Shown: positions 35,937-46,606 of the stretch, piece by piece
Position numbering within the stretch: the stretch's first letter is position 1
Layout of the letters: each line of letters begins with the position of its first letter
Source: Alphaproteobacteria bacterium
GTDB taxonomy: Bacteria > Pseudomonadota > Alphaproteobacteria > UBA7887
DNA length: 64,000 bases
Direction of reading: 5' to 3'
Assembly (NCBI GenBank): GCA_965216755.1
Contig: CBDCGL010000011.1
Coordinates: 2,496,001 to 2,560,000 of the forward strand
Position numbers and translations under genes: made by a program
The notes under the pieces: generated by a model
What the model saw: the letters and a program-made list of their open reading frames with translations, nothing else
Told to the model about the DNA's origin: nothing
Databases searched by the model: none

Positions 35937-37579
35937 TGACGGCGACACGGGACTCCGCTTTGGTCGTCGATGTCCGCGGATTGACCGTTCGTCTGCCGGC
36001 CGACGCCGATCGCGCGCACGCGGTCGAGGACATTACATTTGCGGTCGCCGCCGGTGAAATACTATGCATCGTCGGTGAGTCGGGTTCCGGCAAATCGGTC
36101 ACGGCACAAGCGATCATGGGTCTTTTGCCGCGGCGCCAATTGGAGCCGGTTGACGGCCAAATTCTGTTTGACGGCCGTGACCTGCTAACCGCGCCGGTGG
36201 CCCACATGCAATCGTTGCGCGGCCACCGCATGGGCATGATCTTTCAAGAACCGATGACGGCGCTGAATCCGGTTATGACGGTCGGCCGCCAAATTGAAGA
36301 AGTGCTGGCGATCCACACCGATCTCAGCCGCGCGGCGCGGGCCGAGCGCGTGCTGGAAATCATGACGGCGGTCAATTTACCCGATACCGCGCAACTGGTG
36401 CACAGCTACCCGCACCAGCTTTCCGGCGGACAACGTCAGCGTGTCATGATTGCCATGGCATTGGTCCTTGGACCGGCGCTGTTGATCGCCGACGAACCCA
36501 CGACCGCGCTGGACGTCACCACTCAGGCGCAAATCTTGCAATTGATTCGCGACATTCAGAAAACGCACGGCATGGGCGTGTTGTTCATCACCCACGATTT
36601 TGGCGTGGTCGCGGAAATCGCCGATCGCGTGGCCGTCATGCAGGCCGGTCACATTGTCGAGACCGGCGCCGCGCGGAAGGTTCTCACGGCGCCCCAGCAC
36701 GACTACACGCGGATGTTGATCGGGGCGGTTCCCAGTTTGGTGCCGCCGAACCGACCGAGCATCGGTGACTCGCCGGCGATCTTATCAACCAGCGGTCTAT
36801 CCAAGACATACGGTGCCACAGGCACGTTGCGGCGCACGCGCGAAGTTGTCGCCGCGAAGGATGTGAATATCGCGGTCAGGCGGGGTGAGACCCTGGGCAT
36901 TGTTGGCGAATCAGGGTCGGGCAAGACCACGGTCGCGCGCTGCCTCGTGCGTCTGGTCGCCCCGACGGGCGGCACCATCACGATCGACGGCGATGACATC
37001 GCGCCATTGACGGTCACCAAATTGCGCCCCTATCGGCGCCGCATTCAAATCGTGTTTCAGGATCCTTATCGGTCGCTTAATCCGCGCCGGGCCGTTGGCC
37101 GCTCGATCATCGAGGGGCCGGTCAATTACGGCGTGTCGGTGCCCGACGCTGTTGCCCGCGCCCACGATCTGCTGGCGCTGGTGGGTCTGGAGCGCAGCGC
37201 CTTCGACCGCTATCCACACCAGTTCTCCGGCGGCCAAAGGCAGCGAATTTGCATTGCCCGCGCGCTGGCCATGGAGCCGGAAGTGCTGATTGCGGACGAG
37301 GCCGTCTCTGCCCTCGACGTCTCGGTCCAAGCGCAGGTTCTTGACTTGCTGGATGACGTCCGCCAGCGTTTTAATTTGGCCATGGTCTTCATCACCCATG
37401 ACCTCCGTGTCGCCGCGCAGATTTGTGATCGGATCGCCGTTATGTATGGCGGCGTGGTGGTCGAAAGTGGGCAGACCGGCACCGTTTTCAGCGCACCAAC
37501 ACATCCGTACACCAAACGCCTGTTTGATGCCGCACCGGGGCGATCCTGGGACTTTGCCGTACACCACGCCGCATCGTAA
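35933..37579 (+). CDS. ABC transporter ATP-binding protein (fused DppD/F)
   Basis: Two GESGSGK Walker A motifs; SGGQRQR signatures. Confidence 0.94.
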   Translation: MMTATRDSALVVDVRGLTVRLPADADRAHAVEDITFAVAAGEILCIVGESGSGKSVTAQAIMGLLPRRQLEPVDGQILFDGRDLLTAPVAHMQSLRGHRMGMIFQEPMTALNPVMTVGRQIEEVLAIHTDLSRAARAERVLEIMTAVNLPDTAQLVHSYPHQLSGGQRQRVMIAMALVLGPALLIADEPTTALDVTTQAQILQLIRDIQKTHGMGVLFITHDFGVVAEIADRVAVMQAGHIVETGAARKVLTAPQHDYTRMLIGAVPSLVPPNRPSIGDSPAILSTSGLSKTYGATGTLRRTREVVAAKDVNIAVRRGETLGIVGESGSGKTTVARCLVRLVAPTGGTITIDGDDIAPLTVTKLRPYRRRIQIVFQDPYRSLNPRRAVGRSIIEGPVNYGVSVPDAVARAHDLLALVGLERSAFDRYPHQFSGGQRQRICIARALAMEPEVLIADEAVSALDVSVQAQVLDLLDDVRQRFNLAMVFITHDLRVAAQICDRIAVMYGGVVVESGQTGTVFSAPTHPYTKRLFDAAPGRSWDFAVHHAAS

Positions 37580-37749
37580 CAACCGGCGGGCGTAAAGAAT
37601 TGCGACCGGCATGACTTGATCCCGCCGTCGGTTGGCCACTACCATGCGTGGCACGTGTTCGTGGATCGGTGGAGATGATGACAAAGTCGCCCGGACGATC
37701 GCTGCGCAACCCGCTGACAAGCAATGACGACGAGGTGAAGATCCGGCCG

Positions 37750-38412
37750 ATGAACCTTGACCTTCCATCGATTCGACGCGTCTACGCCCGATATGCGCCG
37801 ATTTACGACGTGACTTTCGGGCCGGTATTCAGGCGCGGGCGTGCTGCCGCGGTTGGCGCGGCCAATCAAGTTGGCGGTCGCGTTTTGGAAGTCGGCGTCG
37901 GCACGGGGCTCTCGTTGGCCGATTACGACCGTGATACCGAATTGCACGGAATAGATATTTCTGAGGGCATGCTCGACAGGGCCCGGGCACGGGTGGCGCG
38001 ACACGGACTCTCCCACGTTGTGTCGCTTCAAGGTATGGATGCAGCCGCGTTGGCATTTCCGGATGAGTGGTTCGACGCAGTGGTGGCGATGTTTGTGATG
38101 ACCGTGGTTCCGGATCCGCGTCGAGTCCTGGAGGAAATGACCCGTGTTTGCCGCCCCGGCGGCAAGCTGGTCATGGTCAACCATTTCGCGGCCCAACGCC
38201 GGCGCTACCAAGGTATCGAAAAGGTGCTGGCGCCATTCGCGCGACAGATTGGCTGGCATGCCGACATGCGCATGGAAGCACTTCTGGCGCATCTGCCTGG
38301 CCTGCCTCTAAAACTGGTCAACACGCAACCAACGTCGTCGCTTGGTCTGTTCACGTTGGTGGAGCTACAAAAATACGACCAGACCGCGGCCGCCGCGCAA
38401 GCGGCTGAATAG
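37750..38412 (+). CDS. pmtA: Phosphatidylethanolamine N-methyltransferase (Rhodobacter-type)
   Basis: YARYAPIYD, VLEVGVGTG, VVPDP, VNHF; start uncertain. Confidence 0.75.
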   Translation: MNLDLPSIRRVYARYAPIYDVTFGPVFRRGRAAAVGAANQVGGRVLEVGVGTGLSLADYDRDTELHGIDISEGMLDRARARVARHGLSHVVSLQGMDAAALAFPDEWFDAVVAMFVMTVVPDPRRVLEEMTRVCRPGGKLVMVNHFAAQRRRYQGIEKVLAPFARQIGWHADMRMEALLAHLPGLPLKLVNTQPTSSLGLFTLVELQKYDQTAAAAQAAE

Positions 38413-38494
38413 GGCTCACCAAACATAGCTGCCAAGATGAAGGCGCTTTTCAAACTTTTCCGAAGAGCACCGTGATCGCCCACGGAGAGTCGCA

Positions 38495-41164
38495 GTGACA
38501 GACGATCCGACGAGACGGGAAACGCCTCCTCAAGTCGTTCGGCGCGCTGACTACGCGCCACCACGTCACTATGTGGAGACCGTCGACCTCGATTTCACGC
38601 TCGACGAATTGCGGACCCGCGTGCGCGCGCAGATGCGCATACGGCGTGGCCCCACCGCCGACGTCAATGCGCAACCCATGCATTTGGACGGGCAGGCGCT
38701 CGAGCTGGTGTCGGTCGCCATTGACGGCCGCCCGCTAGGCGCAGAACGCTTTGTGCAAGACGAGGCCGGTCTGACCATTTTTAATGTGCCGCCGGCCTTC
38801 ACGCTTGATATCGAAACGATCATCAACCCCTGCGACAACACCAAGCTAGAGGGCCTTTACCTTTCGAACGGCACATTCTGTACACAATGTGAAGCCGAGG
38901 GTTTCCGCCATATTACCTATTTTCCGGACCGGCCCGACGTTATGGCCGTCTACACCACGACAATTCGCGCCGACCGGGCGCGCGTTCCCGTGCTTCTGTC
39001 CAACGGAAATCTTGTCGCCAACGGTGACGATGCGGACGGCGCCCATTTCGCCATGTGGCACGATCCGTTTCCGAAGCCGTCCTATCTGTTCGCCCTGGTG
39101 GCCGGCGATCTAGCGGTTGCCGAGGACGCCTTTGTGACCCAGTCGGGGCGGCGCGTGGACCTGCGCCTGTTCGTCGAGCATGGCAATCAAGGCCGTTGCG
39201 CCTTTGCGCTCGACGCGCTCAAGAAGGCGATGCGTTGGGATGAGCAGCGTTATGGCCGGGAATACGACCTCGACGTCTTCAATATCGTCGCGGTGAGCGC
39301 CTTCAACATGGGCGCGATGGAAAACAAGAGCCTCAACATTTTCAACGACAAATACATACTGGCCGATCCGGAGACCGCGACAGACACGGACTACGCTCAC
39401 ATCGAAAGCGTTGTCGCCCACGAGTATTTCCACAACTGGACCGGTAATCGGGTCACTTGTCGCGACTGGTTTCAGCTGAGCCTGAAAGAGGGCTTGACGG
39501 TTTTCCGGGACCAACAGTTTTCATCCGATATACGCTCGGCCGCGGCTCAGCGCATATCGGATGTGCGCGTCCTACGCGCGCGCCAATTTCCCGAGGATGC
39601 CGGTCCGCTGGCCCATCCGGTGCGGCCGGATAGCTATATCGAGATCAACAATTTCTACACAGCAACCGTTTATGACAAGGGCGCCGAAGTCATCCGCATG
39701 ATGCACACGATGCTGGGCGAATCAGGATTTCGGCGCGGCATGGACCTTTATTTCGAGCGCCATGACGGCGACGCGGTCACCTGCGACGATTTTGTCGCCG
39801 CCATGGAGGCCGCCAATGACGTTGACTTGACGCAATTCCGCCTTTGGTATGCACAGGCTGGCACGCCAACGGTTCATGTCGATTGCGCCTACGACAGCGA
39901 TTCGAAATGCGCGACACTCACACTCGATCAATCATGTTCGCCGACGCCTGGCCAACCTGACAAAGCACCAATGGTGATTCCGTTGGCGCTCGGCCTTCTC
40001 GACCAAGACGGCGCACCGATCCCATTGTGTCTGGAGGGCCAGTCGGGGCCGTCTGGAACAACGGGCATCCTACCGCTGACCGAGCGGAGCCATGTCTATC
40101 GCTTTGTCGCCGTCGAGTCGGAACCCGTATTGTCAATAAATCGCGGCTTCGCCGCGCCGATCCGCACCGTGACCAGCCGCAGTCGCGCCGACGCAGCACT
40201 GTTGATGGCCCACGACACGGATCCCTTCAACCGCTGGGAAGCCGGCCAGACCTTGGCGACCGAACTGCTGATCGAGGGCGCCGAGTCCATCCAAGCAGGC
40301 CGCGCGCCGACCAGCGACCGTCGCTTTGTCGCGGCCTTAGGTTTGACCCTGCAAGACGAGCGCATCGAAAAAGCCTTACTCGCGCAAACAATGGTTCTGC
40401 CGACCGAATCCTATATTGCCGAGCAGATGGATGTCGCCGATCCGGACGCCATCCATCGCGCACGTCAGCATCTACGCCGCGCGATCGCGGATGCGTTGCG
40501 TGACCGGCTGGTGTCTGTATATCGCGAGAACCACGGTAACGCGCCCTATCAACCTGACGCCGCCAGCGCTGGACGGCGCGCCTTGAAGAACGCGGCCTTG
40601 TCTTATTTGGCGTTGCTCGACGAAGATCAAGACATGCAGGCAATTGTGACGGCGCAATATCGAAACGCCAACAACATGACCGATCGCATGGCCGCCTTGC
40701 ACGCGCTTGCCGACATGACCAGCGATGCCCGCGACCAGGCGCTAGCCGATTTTTACGCGCGCTATCGTGACAATCCGTTGGTGATCGACAAGTGGTTCAC
40801 AGTCCAGGCGCTGTCATCGCGTAGCGATACGCTTGATGCCGTCAAGGGCCTGGTCGGTCATGAAGCGTTCGCGATCACCAACCCAAACCGGGTGCGCGCC
40901 CTGATCGGCGCCTTCGTGACCGGCAATCCGGGGCGGTTTCATGCCGCCGACGGCGCCGGCTATGACTTTTTTGCCGAACAGTTGCTGGTGCTTGATCCCA
41001 TCAACGCGCAAGTCGCCGCACGGCTGCTGACCGCTTTAAGCCGCTGGCAAAAACTCGACCCCGCCCGGCAAGAAAAGGCCAAAGGCGCCTTGGCGCGGAT
41101 CTTGGCCCGACCCGGTTTGTCGCGGGACGTGTTCGAGATCGCCTCGAAGTCTCTCGCCAATTAG
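38495..41164 (+). CDS. pepN: Aminopeptidase N
   Basis: TQCEAEGFR, GAMEN, HEYFHNW...KEG, NPNRVRAL. Confidence 0.96.
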   Translation: MTDDPTRRETPPQVVRRADYAPPRHYVETVDLDFTLDELRTRVRAQMRIRRGPTADVNAQPMHLDGQALELVSVAIDGRPLGAERFVQDEAGLTIFNVPPAFTLDIETIINPCDNTKLEGLYLSNGTFCTQCEAEGFRHITYFPDRPDVMAVYTTTIRADRARVPVLLSNGNLVANGDDADGAHFAMWHDPFPKPSYLFALVAGDLAVAEDAFVTQSGRRVDLRLFVEHGNQGRCAFALDALKKAMRWDEQRYGREYDLDVFNIVAVSAFNMGAMENKSLNIFNDKYILADPETATDTDYAHIESVVAHEYFHNWTGNRVTCRDWFQLSLKEGLTVFRDQQFSSDIRSAAAQRISDVRVLRARQFPEDAGPLAHPVRPDSYIEINNFYTATVYDKGAEVIRMMHTMLGESGFRRGMDLYFERHDGDAVTCDDFVAAMEAANDVDLTQFRLWYAQAGTPTVHVDCAYDSDSKCATLTLDQSCSPTPGQPDKAPMVIPLALGLLDQDGAPIPLCLEGQSGPSGTTGILPLTERSHVYRFVAVESEPVLSINRGFAAPIRTVTSRSRADAALLMAHDTDPFNRWEAGQTLATELLIEGAESIQAGRAPTSDRRFVAALGLTLQDERIEKALLAQTMVLPTESYIAEQMDVADPDAIHRARQHLRRAIADALRDRLVSVYRENHGNAPYQPDAASAGRRALKNAALSYLALLDEDQDMQAIVTAQYRNANNMTDRMAALHALADMTSDARDQALADFYARYRDNPLVIDKWFTVQALSSRSDTLDAVKGLVGHEAFAITNPNRVRALIGAFVTGNPGRFHAADGAGYDFFAEQLLVLDPINAQVAARLLTALSRWQKLDPARQEKAKGALARILARPGLSRDVFEIASKSLAN

Positions 41165-41286
41165 CGCAGTTCCGACCCTATCGCGCTGGCGCCTTCGCAC
41201 CATGGCGGCGTTTGCCATGGGTGTTGGTCATGCGGAATAGCATTCATCCGCCGCGCTTTAAACGCCCCGGCGCCGCTCCGCGTAGA

Positions 41287-42891
41287 TTACTGATCCTCCG
41301 GTGCGCCTTGCCAAAACGGTCGATGGCGAACAAAGGCCTGCCAGGCGGACGACAAGTTGGCGTCAAAACTTGTGGCGTCGCGCGTCAACCATCCGATGAC
41401 CATGCCCGCCGCGATCCGCAATCGCGTCGCATCAGACCGCGGGCCCGCTTCGGCGACCACGGCCATAACCAATTTCTCTGCCACCGCCACATCATTCATG
41501 TGACCAAGATCGTCCTGCAGTCCCCGCACGCGCTGGATGAATGCCGACGCCGCCTTTTTGCGGTAAAGCGAGCGGAAGAATTCAGCCGCGTAACGGAGCT
41601 TCTTCAAAGCAATCCGAACTCTATGTCGATCATCCGCAGCCAGCTCATCGAAATCGCGACCCAAGGCCAATGCCGCGGCATGGCGTTTGGTTAATAGTTT
41701 GTGTGCCAAGCTTTCGACGGGCCGGTCCAACCATTTGCGCGTCTTGTCGTCGGCGCCCGTGCGCCAGCCGGCGGTTTCCAACCACGCACCGAATTGAAGC
41801 GCGAAGGTTGTATAGCGGGTCGCGAAAACCGTCGCTTCCACCCGTGCATAGGCATCTTCGCGCGCGTCGGTCGCCGCGCGCCGCAAAGCCGCCAGATTCT
41901 TGTCGCCCGGGCGGGCTGCTTCGACCAGCGGCAGCAGATCCCCCAGGAAAACGTCCAGGTCGCGCGCCAAACCCAATTCGCCAAGCAACCACCGTGATTC
42001 GCTGCCCAGCCAGGCAACTTGTTCCGCCGGAATGACTTTCTTGAACAACGCCAAGGCTGAACGACAGCGGCGCACGCCAACCCGCATTTGATGAACGCCT
42101 TCGGGATCGGTTCCGTCCAACGCCGCCGCTTGGTTGCCCAGCCACTGGGCGCCGCAATTTGCAAATACTTGGTCGATGGCGCGATCGACCGTTGTGCGGC
42201 GCAGATGCAGGGTTCGCGCCTTATACCAGGCGGGCGCGCCACCATCCGCCAAGCGATAGCCGCGCGCCGCCTTGCTTTCCAACGCGACCGTCAGTGGCGC
42301 GGCCTCAACCAAAGCCAGCGCCAAACGATAGACGTCTTCGGGCCGGCCGTTCTTGAGTTCCAATTCAACTTCGGCCAAGGGCACGCGCACGTCGCCGCTG
42401 ACGATTTCGCCGCGATCCACCGCGATTTCGACGGCGCCCGGTTCCGTTGGCGCCGCGTCTGATGTTGGGGCGGCGGTTGTCGTCGCGCGGCTGATTTGAC
42501 GCGACACACGTGTTTCGAAGACCGCGACCAACTCGTCCGGTGCCACCGCCCCCAACAACGCGCGGGCGCGGGTATCGTCTATCACACCCAGATCGACCGC
42601 CATGGTCGGCACCGTCGCCTCCCACTCGAAGCGCCGCTGCAGGCTGCCGCCACCGCTGTTCGCCCCCTTCACCGATTGGACGAATCGGTTGCCAATTTGG
42701 CGCACACGCAGTGCCACACCCCTTTTTCTGAGCCGCAAATCGGGCGTGTCGTAGTAGATACTGCGCAAGGTCTCTGTCGCTTCAGGCGTCACCACGGCGC
42801 CGTCGATGCGTTGGACCGTGGCAAGATCTTGCAAAAGATCCGGGTCCGGGGCCGTGAGCTTGAGCTCAATTTCTTGAGGCGGCGCGGTCAT
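41287..42891 (-). CDS. CYTH and CHAD domain protein
   Basis: EIELKL, YYDTPD, ELELK; VHQMRV..RR, RDLDV, RIALKKLRY, LQDDLG..ND. Confidence 0.92.
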   Translation of the reverse strand: MTAPPQEIELKLTAPDPDLLQDLATVQRIDGAVVTPEATETLRSIYYDTPDLRLRKRGVALRVRQIGNRFVQSVKGANSGGGSLQRRFEWEATVPTMAVDLGVIDDTRARALLGAVAPDELVAVFETRVSRQISRATTTAAPTSDAAPTEPGAVEIAVDRGEIVSGDVRVPLAEVELELKNGRPEDVYRLALALVEAAPLTVALESKAARGYRLADGGAPAWYKARTLHLRRTTVDRAIDQVFANCGAQWLGNQAAALDGTDPEGVHQMRVGVRRCRSALALFKKVIPAEQVAWLGSESRWLLGELGLARDLDVFLGDLLPLVEAARPGDKNLAALRRAATDAREDAYARVEATVFATRYTTFALQFGAWLETAGWRTGADDKTRKWLDRPVESLAHKLLTKRHAAALALGRDFDELAADDRHRVRIALKKLRYAAEFFRSLYRKKAASAFIQRVRGLQDDLGHMNDVAVAEKLVMAVVAEAGPRSDATRLRIAAGMVIGWLTRDATSFDANLSSAWQAFVRHRPFWQGAPEDQ

Positions 42892-43084
42892 CGCTAAAGA
42901 ATTCAGCCGTTCTTCGTTAATTCGTCGCACAGCTCACCGAACGCAAACGCCGGATAGCAATCTGTGCCACGCCGCCGCCGGCACTGGCCGTTCACAGCAC
43001 CACGTCACCACCATCGTACTGGCACATTGTGCGAAAAATGCAAGAAAAAGCTTCCCATTACCGCCATACGATTGCGCCGCGATA

Positions 43085-44137
43085 CTAGGGCAGAATGCGC
43101 GCCGCGCGATAACGCGCGAACTGGGCGAAGATCATTTCCGTCGAATCGATAGATTTATCAAAGCCATGGCGGCGCGCCTTGTTCATATCCGAGATGACAT
43201 CGTAGTCCTGTCTAAACATAAAGTCGGCATAGGCCCAGACCGCAACCTGGCTCAATGGCATCGGCCGCAATCCGCGCTGGCGGACAATACCGTCCCATTC
43301 CGAGTCGGCGTCGCGCATAACCTCGGCCACCGACATTGGCCGCACATCGCCGGGAACGGTGCCGAAATACGTGGCGATCCTTGGCCACAAATGGCGCCAT
43401 CGGAACAAATCGCCATTGGTGACGTTGAAGGCGTTGTTGGCACAGTCGGGCGCGCTCGCTATCCATGCCATCGCTTCAGCCATCAAATGTTCATCCGTTG
43501 CCTCGGTCAACGTCGTGAACGCGGCCTCTGGCCCCGGGAAATCCATCGCCACGCCGCGGGCCGCGCAGATCGCGGCATAGGCGCCGATCGTACTGGCTGG
43601 GCTGCGCGGGCGTCCGGGTGAAACCGCCCAGATCAAATTGGGCCGCGACGCCGACCAGGTCCAACTCCGGCCGCGTTGCCGTTCGATCAATAGATCCTCT
43701 TGGCCATAGTAGAAATTCGGCGGCTCAACACGCGGGTCGTCTTCGCGCGCGGGCGTCTTGTAGGGGCCCAAATGGACGCCGTAATATTTGCCGCCCTCGA
43801 CCAAGTGCACGTGGATCAGCCCGCGCAACGTGGCGAGCGCGGCATCGAGCACCGTGTCGAATAGCGCAACATTGGCGCCAATATCCTCCTGACCGGATTC
43901 ATCGTGCGGCGCGCGCGCGGCATAGAACACATGGGTCGCGTCAGCGTGGCGGCCAAAGGCGACACGACATGATCGGGCGTCGGAGAAATCGGCTTGTTCA
44001 TGGACACAAACTTGTTCATCGGGCGGCGACCGTGACAAGCCGACAACGTCCCAATCTTTGTGCTGAGACAAATAAACCGCGAGTGGTCGCCCGACAGTTC
44101 CGGTCACGCCCGCGATGATCGCCTTCGATCTTGCCAT
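43085..44137 (-). CDS. PRISE/progesterone 5-beta-reductase-like SDR
   Basis: GVTGTVG, GGKYYG, PNFYY.QED, FNVTNGD.FRW. Confidence 0.85.
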   Translation of the reverse strand: MARSKAIIAGVTGTVGRPLAVYLSQHKDWDVVGLSRSPPDEQVCVHEQADFSDARSCRVAFGRHADATHVFYAARAPHDESGQEDIGANVALFDTVLDAALATLRGLIHVHLVEGGKYYGVHLGPYKTPAREDDPRVEPPNFYYGQEDLLIERQRGRSWTWSASRPNLIWAVSPGRPRSPASTIGAYAAICAARGVAMDFPGPEAAFTTLTEATDEHLMAEAMAWIASAPDCANNAFNVTNGDLFRWRHLWPRIATYFGTVPGDVRPMSVAEVMRDADSEWDGIVRQRGLRPMPLSQVAVWAYADFMFRQDYDVISDMNKARRHGFDKSIDSTEMIFAQFARYRAARILP

Positions 44138-44261
44138 GTCGCCACCACACCCGTTGCAGGGAGCCAAGCTAAAATGCGCGTTCTGACGGAGTCAATTGGC
44201 GTTGCTGCCGGGCGGCCGACTTCTCTAATGTCACCGTCTTTGGTATGGGATATGACCGAGT

Positions 44262-45110
44262 ATGTCTGCGAACGCACAAAACTACATCGCCAATACCTAC
44301 GGCTTCACGCTAACCCACTCCGCGCATGCGTGCCTGGATGCGGTCGCCGCCCTTGGTTTTCGCGAGGTCGAATTGATGATGCATCCGGGCCATGCTTGGC
44401 CCGACGAGATGAGTCCGAAGGCGCGCCGCGATTTCGCCACCAAAATTGAAACGCTGGGTTTGAGGATTCGGTCTTTGAATATGCCCAATGTCGACCTGAA
44501 TATCGCCGCCGCCGCGGAACGGATGCGCGCCTATTCCATCGACTTTCTTTCCGACGTCCTGGCCTTGGCCGGAGATTTGGGTGTTCCCGATATGGTTTTG
44601 GGGCCGGGCAAGCCGAACCCGCTGTTGCCGGCGCCCAAACAGGATCTCATGGATCGCTTTTTCGCCGCCTTGGACATTCTGGTACCGCGCGCCAACGAAG
44701 CCGGCGTCCGCTTGATCGTCGAAAATATGCCGTTCGGCTTCCTGCCGACGGCAGATGATCTGATCGCGGCGCTCGACGCCTATGGCGATGATCGGATCGC
44801 CGTCGTCTACGATATTGCCAACGCCGTCTTCGCGCGCGAGGACCCGAACGAAGGCTTGGCCCGGGTCGGCGATCGGCTGGCGTTGGTTCATCTGTCCGAT
44901 ACGGGTTTGGACGCCTATGCCCACGCGCCCGTCGGTGCCGGCGTCGTGCCCTTTGCCGACGTCGCACAATACTTGGCGGCGTTAGACTATCGGCGTGGCC
45001 TGGTGCTTGAGATCATCTCCGATGAGCCGGAAGTTGACTTGGCAAACAGTGCCACGGCATTGGACGAAATGGGTTGGCGCACGCTGGCCCGGCGTCAAGA
45101 TCTGCAATAA
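44262..45110 (+). CDS. Sugar phosphate isomerase/epimerase (AP endonuclease 2 TIM barrel)
   Basis: IVENMP, YDIAN, HLSD, LEII. Confidence 0.85.
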   Translation: MSANAQNYIANTYGFTLTHSAHACLDAVAALGFREVELMMHPGHAWPDEMSPKARRDFATKIETLGLRIRSLNMPNVDLNIAAAAERMRAYSIDFLSDVLALAGDLGVPDMVLGPGKPNPLLPAPKQDLMDRFFAALDILVPRANEAGVRLIVENMPFGFLPTADDLIAALDAYGDDRIAVVYDIANAVFAREDPNEGLARVGDRLALVHLSDTGLDAYAHAPVGAGVVPFADVAQYLAALDYRRGLVLEIISDEPEVDLANSATALDEMGWRTLARRQDLQ

Positions 45111-45115
45111 GTCGA

Positions 45116-46606
45116 ATGACTGAGTTCACGTCGGATGTGATCGTCGTCGGCGCCGGCAATGCAGCATTTTGTGCGGCCTTGGCGGCGCGTGAACATGGCG
45201 CGTCGGTGACCATGTTGGAATGCGCACCGGAGGATGAATCCGGTGGCAATACGCGCTTTACCGCCGGTGCTATTCGATGCGTCTATGACGGCGTCGACGA
45301 CTTGCGCATCCTGATGCCCGACCTGACCGATGACGAGGTCGCCAATACGGATTTTGGCAGCTACACCGAGGATCAGTTCTTCGATGATATGGGACGGGTC
45401 ACGGAATATCGCACCGACCCCGACATGGTCGAATTGTTGGTCCGGCGCAGCCGGCCAACCATGCGATGGATGCGCGAAAGAGGCGTTCGTTTTGCGCCGA
45501 TCTATGGCCGCCAGGCATTCAAGGTCGACGGCCGCTTCAAGTTCTGGGGCGGTCTGACAGTAGAAGCCTGGGGCGGCGGTCCCGGACTACTGGATGCGTT
45601 AACGGCGGCCGCAGCCAAAAGCGATATTGACGTCCGTTATCAAACACGGGCCATCTCTTTGTTGCACAATGACGATGGCGTGTACGGCGTACGCACACGC
45701 CATGACGGGCGCAGTAGCGATTTGCACGCACGTGCGGTGATCTTGGCGGCCGGCGGGTTCGAGGCCAATTCGGAATGGCGCACCCGCTATTTGGGCCCTG
45801 GCTGGGATCTTGCCAAGGTCCGTGGCAGCCGCTTCAACACCGGCGAAGGCATCCGCATGGCGCTGGATATCGGCGCCATGCCCTTCGGCAACTGGTCGGG
45901 TTGTCACGCGGTCGGTTGGGATCGCAATGCGCCGGAGTTTGGCGATCTGGCGGTTGGCGATGCGTTCCAAAAACACAGTTACCCATTCAGTGTCATGATC
46001 AATGCCGACGGCAACCGTTTTGTTGACGAAGGCGCCGATTTCCGGAATTACACTTATGCCAAGTATGGTCGGGTGATCTTGCAGCAACCGGGGCAATTCG
46101 CCTGGCAAATATTTGACAGCAAGGTGCTGCATTTGTTGCGTGACGAATACCGGATCCGCCAAGTCACCAAATTGCGCGCCGACACATTGGAAGACCTGGT
46201 CGACAAATTGGACGATGTCGACCCCGCGCACGCTTTGGCGACACTCACCGCATACAACGACTCGGTGAACACCGATGTGCCGTTCGACCCAAACGTCAAA
46301 GATGGCCGCGGCACCGAAGGCCTTGCCATTCCAAAATCCAACTGGGCCAACCGCATCGACACGCCGCCCTTCGAAGCTTACGCCGTCACTTGTGGTGTCA
46401 CGTTCACGTTCGGTGGCTTGCGCGTCGATACCAGCGCGCGGGTGCTCGACCGCGACCTGGCGCCCATCCACGGTCTTTACGCCGCCGGCGAATTGCTTGG
46501 CGGCCTGTTCTATTTCAACTATCCCGGCGGTACCGGGCTGATGGCCGGCGCCGTGTTTGGCAAGATCGCCGGCGATGCTGCGGGCGGCGCCGTCGCGGCA
46601 AGATGA
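45116..46606 (+). CDS. tcuA: FAD-dependent tricarballylate dehydrogenase TcuA/CobZ family
   Basis: GAGNAAFCAA, GGNTRFT, YPGGTGL..GAVFG. Confidence 0.8.
   Translation: MTEFTSDVIVVGAGNAAFCAALAAREHGASVTMLECAPEDESGGNTRFTAGAIRCVYDGVDDLRILMPDLTDDEVANTDFGSYTEDQFFDDMGRVTEYRTDPDMVELLVRRSRPTMRWMRERGVRFAPIYGRQAFKVDGRFKFWGGLTVEAWGGGPGLLDALTAAAAKSDIDVRYQTRAISLLHNDDGVYGVRTRHDGRSSDLHARAVILAAGGFEANSEWRTRYLGPGWDLAKVRGSRFNTGEGIRMALDIGAMPFGNWSGCHAVGWDRNAPEFGDLAVGDAFQKHSYPFSVMINADGNRFVDEGADFRNYTYAKYGRVILQQPGQFAWQIFDSKVLHLLRDEYRIRQVTKLRADTLEDLVDKLDDVDPAHALATLTAYNDSVNTDVPFDPNVKDGRGTEGLAIPKSNWANRIDTPPFEAYAVTCGVTFTFGGLRVDTSARVLDRDLAPIHGLYAAGELLGGLFYFNYPGGTGLMAGAVFGKIAGDAAGGAVAAR

Noticed and set aside
46390-46602. 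Arg-rich N-terminal extension of the flavoprotein ORF
   Set aside because: It is an alternative frame of tcuA; the real start is the ATGA overlap at 46603.
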